64,000 nucleotides of DNA from NCBI GenBank assembly GCA_963785725.1, contig CAWAWS010000027.1:1-64000 (forward strand). The letters run 5' to 3'. A program made the translations under genes and the position numbers. This stretch comes from an uncultured delta proteobacterium (GTDB lineage: Bacteria > Myxococcota_A > Polyangia > Palsa-1104). Below the pieces are notes generated by a model. That model ran no database searches, was not told the origin of the DNA, and was given only the letters and a program-made list of their open reading frames with translations. Below, one piece after another: positions 58,178 through 64,000 of this stretch. Numbering within the stretch: position 1 is the first letter of the stretch; each line of letters starts with the position of its first letter.

Positions 58178-59341
58178 GTGGTGGTGACTAGGCGGACGAT
58201 CGGCGCGATCGGTTTCCTTCTGCTCTCCGGATGCCGCAAGCCACCGCCACCGCCGCCGCCGGCCGCGACCGTCGTGGCCGACGTGGTGACGACGCGCAGC
58301 GTGCCGCTCGTCAAAGAATATCTGGCGACGATCGAGGGCGCGACGACCGCGCAGATCGAGCCGCAAGTCGCCGGGTATATCCTCGAGGTCAACTACACCG
58401 AAGGCAGTATCGTCCAAAAGGGTCAGCTCTTGTTCACCATCGACCCGCGCCCGCTGGCGGCGGCGCTGGAGAAGGCGCGCGGCGATCACGCGAGCGCGCT
58501 GGCCCAGCTCGACAAGTCCAAGGCCGACGTCGCGCGCTACACGCCGCTCGTGGCGCAGCACGCGCTCAGCCGCGAGCAGCTCGACGACGCCAAGGCCGCG
58601 GTGCTGGAGGCGCAAGGCAACGTCGTCTCGACCGCCGGTCAGCTGCACACGGCCAAGCTCAACCTCGACTGGACGCAGGTGCGCTCGCCCATCGCCGGCC
58701 TCGTCGGCCTGGCGCAGACGCGCGTCGGCACGCTGGTGACCGCGAACCAGGTGCTGACGGTGGTCTCGACGGTCGATCCGATCCGCGCGTCGTTTCACGT
58801 CAGCCAGCAGGAGTACCTGAAATATGCCGACGTGCTCAATCGGCCGGCGGCGCCGGAGTATGCGCGGCTGCGCTACTTCGAGCTCATCCTCGGCAACGGT
58901 CAGCCCTATCCCGAGCGGGCGCGCGAGGTCGTCGTCAATCGCCAGATCGACGTCAGCACGGGAACCTTGACGGTCGAGGCGTTCTTCCCCAATCCGAAGC
59001 GCATCTTGCGGCCGGGGCTCACCGGCAATGTGCGCGTCCACGTCGGCACCGACGTGCCGACGCCGGTCGTGCCCGAGCGCGCCGTGACCGAGCTGCAAGG
59101 GCAGTCGCAGGTGTCGATCATCGACAACGACGGGCGCGTGCAGACGCGCAAGGTCAAGCTGGGCGGGCAGCTCGAGCACTCGTTCGTCGTCGAGAGTGGC
59201 CTTATGGCCGGCGATCGCGTCATCACCGAAGGGCAGCAGAACATCATGCCCGGCGCCAAAGTGAACGTGCGCAACGCGTCGGCACGGGCGCCGTCGTCGC
59301 CGCTGTCGAGCGCGGAAAAGCCGCATCAACAGGAGCCGTAG
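58178..59341 (+). CDS. RND efflux periplasmic adaptor (MFP)
   Basis: Lipobox LSGC; IEPQVAGYI, GQLLFTIDPRP, VRSPIAG, LRPG. Confidence 0.93.
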   Translation: MVVTRRTIGAIGFLLLSGCRKPPPPPPPAATVVADVVTTRSVPLVKEYLATIEGATTAQIEPQVAGYILEVNYTEGSIVQKGQLLFTIDPRPLAAALEKARGDHASALAQLDKSKADVARYTPLVAQHALSREQLDDAKAAVLEAQGNVVSTAGQLHTAKLNLDWTQVRSPIAGLVGLAQTRVGTLVTANQVLTVVSTVDPIRASFHVSQQEYLKYADVLNRPAAPEYARLRYFELILGNGQPYPERAREVVVNRQIDVSTGTLTVEAFFPNPKRILRPGLTGNVRVHVGTDVPTPVVPERAVTELQGQSQVSIIDNDGRVQTRKVKLGGQLEHSFVVESGLMAGDRVITEGQQNIMPGAKVNVRNASARAPSSPLSSAEKPHQQEP

Positions 59342-59344
59342 CCG

Positions 59345-62300
59345 ATGTCCGCCTTTTTCGTGGGCCGACCGATCGTGGCCATGGTCATCTCGCTCGTCAT
59401 CGTCATCGCCGGCGCGACCTCGATGCGCGCGCTGCCGATCGCGCAGTTTCCCGAGATCGCGCCGCCCGAAGTGCAGGTGACGGCGAACTACACCGGCGCC
59501 GACGCGGTGACCGTCGAGCAGTCGGTGGCGACGCCGATCGAGCAGCAGATGAACGGCGTCGAGCGCATGATCTACATGCAGTCCATCAACGGCAGCGACG
59601 GCACCTTCACGCTCAACGTCAACTTCGAGGTCGGCACGTCGCCCGACACCGCCAACGTGCTGGCGCAGAACCGCGTCACGCAGGCGCAGGCGCGCTTGCC
59701 CGAGGCCGTGAGCGCGTACGGCCTGACGGTGAAGAAGGAGTTCGCCTCGCCGCTGTTGGTGCTCGCGCTCTACTCGCCGGGCGCCAGCTACGACAACCGC
59801 TTCTTGGCCAACTACGCGACCATCAACTTGGTCGATCAGCTGCTGCGCGTGCCCGGCGTCGGCGACGTCAAAGTCTTCGGCTCGTCCGACTATTCGATGC
59901 GCGTCTGGATCAACCCCGACGTGCTGGCCAACCTCGGGCTGACCGTGGCCGACCTCGTGCTCGCGCTGCAGCGGCAGAGCACCGTCAATCCCGCCGGCCA
60001 GGTCGGCGCCGAGCCGGTGCCCAAAGGCCAGGAGTTCACATACACCATCCGCGCCAAAGGACGCCTGGTCAGCGCCGACGAGTTCGCCAACGTCATCGTG
60101 CGCGAGAACCTCGACGGCTCGGTGGTGCGCCTCAAAGACGTCGCGCGCATCGACCTCGGCACCGAGACCTACTCCGAGATGGGCCGCTTCATGAGCAAGA
60201 ACGCGGCGGTCATGGTCGTCTATCAAGTGCCGGGCTCGAACGCGCTCGACATCGCCAAGCTGGCGCGCCAGACGATGCAGGTCGCGCAGGCGAAGTTTCC
60301 CAAGGACATGTCCTACTCGGTCTCGCTCGACAGCACCGAGCCGGTGGTCGAAGGCATCCGCGAGATCGTCGTCGCGCTGATCGAGACGCTGGCGCTGGTC
60401 ATCGCCGTCGTCTTCTTGTTCCTGCAGAGCTGGCGCGCGACGCTGATTCCGCTCTTGACCGTGCCGGTGTCGCTGCTCGGCACGTTCATCCTCTTTCCGC
60501 TCTTCGGCTTCTCGGTCAACACGCTGTCGCTGTTCGGCCTGTTGCTCGCCATCGGCCTCGTCGTCGACGACGCCATCGTCGTCGTCGAGGCGGTGCAGCG
60601 ACACATCGAGGACGGCATGCCGCCGCGCGAGGCGACGCTGCAGGCGATGCGCGAAGTCTCCGGTCCGGTCGTCGCCATCGCGCTGGTGCTCGCCGCCGTG
60701 TTCGTCCCCATCGCCTTCGTCGTCGGCATCAAAGGGCGGCTGTTCCAGCAGTTCGCGCTCACCATCGCCGCGTCGGTCATCATCTCGGCGTTCACCGCGC
60801 TCACGCTCAGCCCGGCCTTGACCGCGATGCTGCTCAAGCCGCAAAAGCGCGGTCGCGGCCTCATCGCGCGCTTCTTCGCCGGCTTCGATCGCGTGTTCGG
60901 CTGGACGACCGGCCACTACGTCAATTTGGCCGGCATCCTCGTGCGCAAGACCTTCATCGCCTTCGTGATCTTGGCGCTGTTCGGCGCCGGCGCGGCGCTC
61001 GTGGGCCGGCGGCTGCCGTCGAGCTTCGTGCCCGACGAGGACCAAGGCTTCATCTTCGGCAACCTGCAGCTGCCCGACGCCGCCTCCTTGCAGCGCACCA
61101 ACGAGATGATGGGCAAGCTCGAAGAGATCATGGCGCACACCGACGGCATCGAGTCTTACACGACCGTCGCCGGCTTCAGCCTCCTGACCTCGACGGCGGC
61201 GAGCAACCAAGGCCTCATGTTCATCAAGCTCAAGCCGTGGAAAGTGCGCAAGTCGCAGGCGCTGTCGGTCGAAGGCATCGTCGGCGCGCTCAATCGGCGC
61301 TTCGCCGGCGTCATCGAAGGGCGCGCCTTTACGTTTCCACCGCCGGCCATCCTCGGCATCGGCACGTCGGGCGGCTTCGACATGATGCTCGAAGATCGCG
61401 CCGGCATCTCCGTCGAGGAGCTGGCGACCAACGTCGAGAAGTTCATGGCGGTGGCCAAGCAGCGGCCCGAGCTCGTCCGCCTCAACGACGGCTTCCGCCC
61501 GGTCGTGCCGCAGCTCTATGCGCACGTCAACGAGGCGCTGGCGCTCAAGCAAGGCGTCGACTTGGGTGACGTCTACACGACCTTGGGCAGCTTCATGGGC
61601 GGCCAGTACATCAACGACTTCAACCGCTTTGGCCGCGTCTGGCGCGTCTATCTCGAGGCCGACGGCGACTTCCGCACGCGCCCCGACAACATCGATCGCT
61701 TCTACGTGCGCAACAAGAACAACGAGATGGTGCCGCTCTCGACGCTGGTGACGATCGAGAAGGTCAACGGACCGCTGTTCACGACGCGCTTCAACATGTA
61801 TCGCTCGGCCGAGATCACCGGCTCGGCGGCGCCCGGCTACAGCTCGGGACAGGCGATGGCGGCGCTGGTCGAGGTCGCGCACCAGACGCTGCCGAAGGAG
61901 ATGTCGTTCGACTGGTCCGGCATGTCGTATCAAGAGCAAAAGGCCGGCGGCGTCGGCGGCGTGCTGACGTTGGCGCTGCTCTTGGTGTTCCTCATTCTGG
62001 CGGCGCAATACGAGAGCTGGTCGCTGCCGTTCAGCGTGCTGTTGTCGACGCCCATCGCGCTCTTCGGCGCGCTCGCCGGCCTCTTCATCCGCAAGCTGTC
62101 GCTCGACGTCTACGGGCAGATCGGCCTCATCATGCTCATTGGCCTCGCGGCGAAGAACGCCATCTTGATCGTCGAGTTCGCGCGCGCCCAGCTCGAAGGC
62201 GAAGGCCACGTGACCATCGAGGATTCGGCGCTGGCGGCGGCGCGACTGCGCTTTCGCCCGATCTTGATGACGTCGTTCGCCTTCATCTTCGGCATGACGC

Positions 62301-62545
62301 CGTTGTGGGTCGCGGCCGGCGCCGGCGCCGTGTCGCGCCGCGAGCTGGGCTCGGCCGTCATCGTCGGCATGCTGATCGCGACCGCGTTCGGCGTCTTCGT
62401 CGTGCCGGCGCTGTTCACGTTCGTCGAGTGGGTGGTGCGACGCGGCTGGCGGCACGCGCCGACGCCCGAGAAGCCGCCGACGGCACCGGCGACGCCCGCT
62501 CCGCCGGTCACGCACATCGGCGGCGGCGGGGAGCAGCCGGCATGA
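59345..62545 (+). CDS. RND efflux permease (HAE1 family)
   Basis: [45 protein letters not shown]. Confidence 0.96.
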   Translation: MSAFFVGRPIVAMVISLVIVIAGATSMRALPIAQFPEIAPPEVQVTANYTGADAVTVEQSVATPIEQQMNGVERMIYMQSINGSDGTFTLNVNFEVGTSPDTANVLAQNRVTQAQARLPEAVSAYGLTVKKEFASPLLVLALYSPGASYDNRFLANYATINLVDQLLRVPGVGDVKVFGSSDYSMRVWINPDVLANLGLTVADLVLALQRQSTVNPAGQVGAEPVPKGQEFTYTIRAKGRLVSADEFANVIVRENLDGSVVRLKDVARIDLGTETYSEMGRFMSKNAAVMVVYQVPGSNALDIAKLARQTMQVAQAKFPKDMSYSVSLDSTEPVVEGIREIVVALIETLALVIAVVFLFLQSWRATLIPLLTVPVSLLGTFILFPLFGFSVNTLSLFGLLLAIGLVVDDAIVVVEAVQRHIEDGMPPREATLQAMREVSGPVVAIALVLAAVFVPIAFVVGIKGRLFQQFALTIAASVIISAFTALTLSPALTAMLLKPQKRGRGLIARFFAGFDRVFGWTTGHYVNLAGILVRKTFIAFVILALFGAGAALVGRRLPSSFVPDEDQGFIFGNLQLPDAASLQRTNEMMGKLEEIMAHTDGIESYTTVAGFSLLTSTAASNQGLMFIKLKPWKVRKSQALSVEGIVGALNRRFAGVIEGRAFTFPPPAILGIGTSGGFDMMLEDRAGISVEELATNVEKFMAVAKQRPELVRLNDGFRPVVPQLYAHVNEALALKQGVDLGDVYTTLGSFMGGQYINDFNRFGRVWRVYLEADGDFRTRPDNIDRFYVRNKNNEMVPLSTLVTIEKVNGPLFTTRFNMYRSAEITGSAAPGYSSGQAMAALVEVAHQTLPKEMSFDWSGMSYQEQKAGGVGGVLTLALLLVFLILAAQYESWSLPFSVLLSTPIALFGALAGLFIRKLSLDVYGQIGLIMLIGLAAKNAILIVEFARAQLEGEGHVTIEDSALAAARLRFRPILMTSFAFIFGMTPLWVAAGAGAVSRRELGSAVIVGMLIATAFGVFVVPALFTFVEWVVRRGWRHAPTPEKPPTAPATPAPPVTHIGGGGEQPA

Positions 62546-63978
62546 GCCGCCTCGTCGTCGTCGTGCTGGCGCTTGGGCTCGCCGGCTGCCCGCTCGGGCC
62601 CAACTACAAGCGGCCGTCGACGCCGATGACGAGCACCTTTCGCGACCAGGCGGTGGCCGAGGCGACGTCGTTCGCCGACCTGCCGTGGTGGGAGGTGCTG
62701 CGCGACCCGGCGTTGAGCGCGCTCATCCGCGAGGCGCTCGACAACAGCTTCGACCTGCAAGACGCCGTGGCCCGCGTCGACGTGGCGCGCGAGAACGCGC
62801 ACATCGGCACCGACAAGCTGCTGCCGGCGATCGGCATCCAAGGCGGCCCCGGATATCAACAAGTTTACTTCGGCACCTTCCCCGGGTTGAAAGCGGGAAA
62901 CGTGCGCTACGCCAGCTACGAAGCCGAGGCCACCGTCTCGTGGGAGGTCGATGTGTGGGGCCGGCTGCGGCGCTTGCGGCAATCGGCGATCGCCGACTTC
63001 TTCGCCAGCGAGGACAATCGGCGCGCCGTCGTCGTCTCGTTGATCGGCGACATCGCGGAGAATTACTTCAATCTGCTGGCGCTCGATCGACAGCTGCAGA
63101 TCGCGCGGCGCACCGTCGATTCGCGACAGGAGACGCTGGTCCTGTTCCAAAAGCGCGAGACCGGCGGCGTCGGCGACGCGCTCGACACGACGTCCGAGCA
63201 GGCGCAGCTGGCCGACGCGCGCGCCACGCAGGCGAGCGTGGAGCGGCAGATCGTGCAGACCGAGAATCAGCTGGCGCTGCTCATCGGACGGCCGCCGGGA
63301 CCGATCGCGCGCGACATCGCGCTGCTCGACCGGCCGGTGCCCGCCGATCAGCCGACCGGGCAGCCGCTGGCGCTCCTGACGCGACGGCCCGACGTGCACC
63401 GCGCCGAGTCGCAGCTGGTGTCGGGCAACGCGCAGGTCGGCGCCGCGTTCGCCGCGCTCTTTCCGTCGTTCACGTTCAACGGCAGCGCCGGGCTCGAGAG
63501 CGGCTCGCTGTCGAACCTATTCACGTCGACCGCCTTCACGTTCGGGCTCAGCCTCTTGGTCAACTGGATGGCGCCCATCTTGAACGGCGCGCAATATGCG
63601 CATCAATATCGCGGGCAACAGGCCAACTATCGCGCGCTCGTGGCCGACTATCGGCGCGCGGTGCTGAACGCGCTCGTCGACGTCGCCAACGCGCTCGTCA
63701 CCATCCAGACCTATCGCCTGCAGCGCGTGCAGCAGGAGCTGGGCGTCGTGGCGCTGACCGAGCGGCTGAGGCTGGCCAAGGTGCGCTTCGCCAACGGCGT
63801 CGCCAGCTACTTGGATGTCGTCAACGCCGAGCAGGTCCTGTTTCCGGCGGAGCTGGCGCTGGCGCAGACGATGGGCTCGCAGCTCGTCGCCTATACGCAG
63901 CTGTATCGTTCGCTCGGCGGCGGCTGGCAGACCGCGCCGTCGCAGGCGGTCGCAGCGCGGCAGCAGCGCGATCGTTAG
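62542..63978 (+). CDS. RND outer-membrane factor lipoprotein (NodT/OprM family)
   Basis: [40 protein letters not shown]. Confidence 0.94.
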   Translation: MSRLVVVVLALGLAGCPLGPNYKRPSTPMTSTFRDQAVAEATSFADLPWWEVLRDPALSALIREALDNSFDLQDAVARVDVARENAHIGTDKLLPAIGIQGGPGYQQVYFGTFPGLKAGNVRYASYEAEATVSWEVDVWGRLRRLRQSAIADFFASEDNRRAVVVSLIGDIAENYFNLLALDRQLQIARRTVDSRQETLVLFQKRETGGVGDALDTTSEQAQLADARATQASVERQIVQTENQLALLIGRPPGPIARDIALLDRPVPADQPTGQPLALLTRRPDVHRAESQLVSGNAQVGAAFAALFPSFTFNGSAGLESGSLSNLFTSTAFTFGLSLLVNWMAPILNGAQYAHQYRGQQANYRALVADYRRAVLNALVDVANALVTIQTYRLQRVQQELGVVALTERLRLAKVRFANGVASYLDVVNAEQVLFPAELALAQTMGSQLVAYTQLYRSLGGGWQTAPSQAVAARQQRDR

Positions 63979-64000
63979 CGCATGCGCTTGCCGCGACCGC

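Noticed and set aside
58148..62515. 1455-aa minus-strand ORF and similar long Arg-rich ORFs
   Set aside because: Antisense or off-frame shadows of RND and other genuine genes.

Overview
High-GC (roughly 70% by eye) bacterial chromosomal window with Myxococcota/Polyangia hallmarks: a MYXO-CTERM-like sorting tail, Gly/Ser-linker lipoproteins, a Hanks-type kinase, an ECF sigma/anti-sigma-TPR locus and TIGR02265/DUF2378-like proteins. It holds about 48 genes; no rRNA, tRNA, CRISPR array or transposase was seen. Main blocks: a Tat/periplasmic redox cluster (0-4.5 kb), two GH18 glycoside hydrolases, an ECF locus, a divergent transglutaminase/ATP-grasp/alpha-E system, minCDE, a split KdpD plus sigma-54 regulator, and a tripartite RND pump. 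The best candidate for an undescribed system is a translationally coupled 4-gene operon at 6266-10348 (minus strand). It encodes a MotA-like membrane protein with a ~550-aa 11-residue-repeat helical tail and a MotB/OmpA-like partner (ZorA/ZorB-like architecture), flanked by two unknown helical proteins instead of the known Zorya effectors. The second highlight is a 95-nt non-coding element in two inverted copies (38841-38935 and 40952-41046), in which 16 of 20 differences form 8 compensatory base pairs. Also notable: a second ~130-bp dispersed hairpin repeat, a proteobacterial-looking minCDE operon, a sigma-54 promoter with paired enhancer sites, KstR-like operators and two single-G frameshifts. 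All calls come from manual motif reading; no database searches were run.
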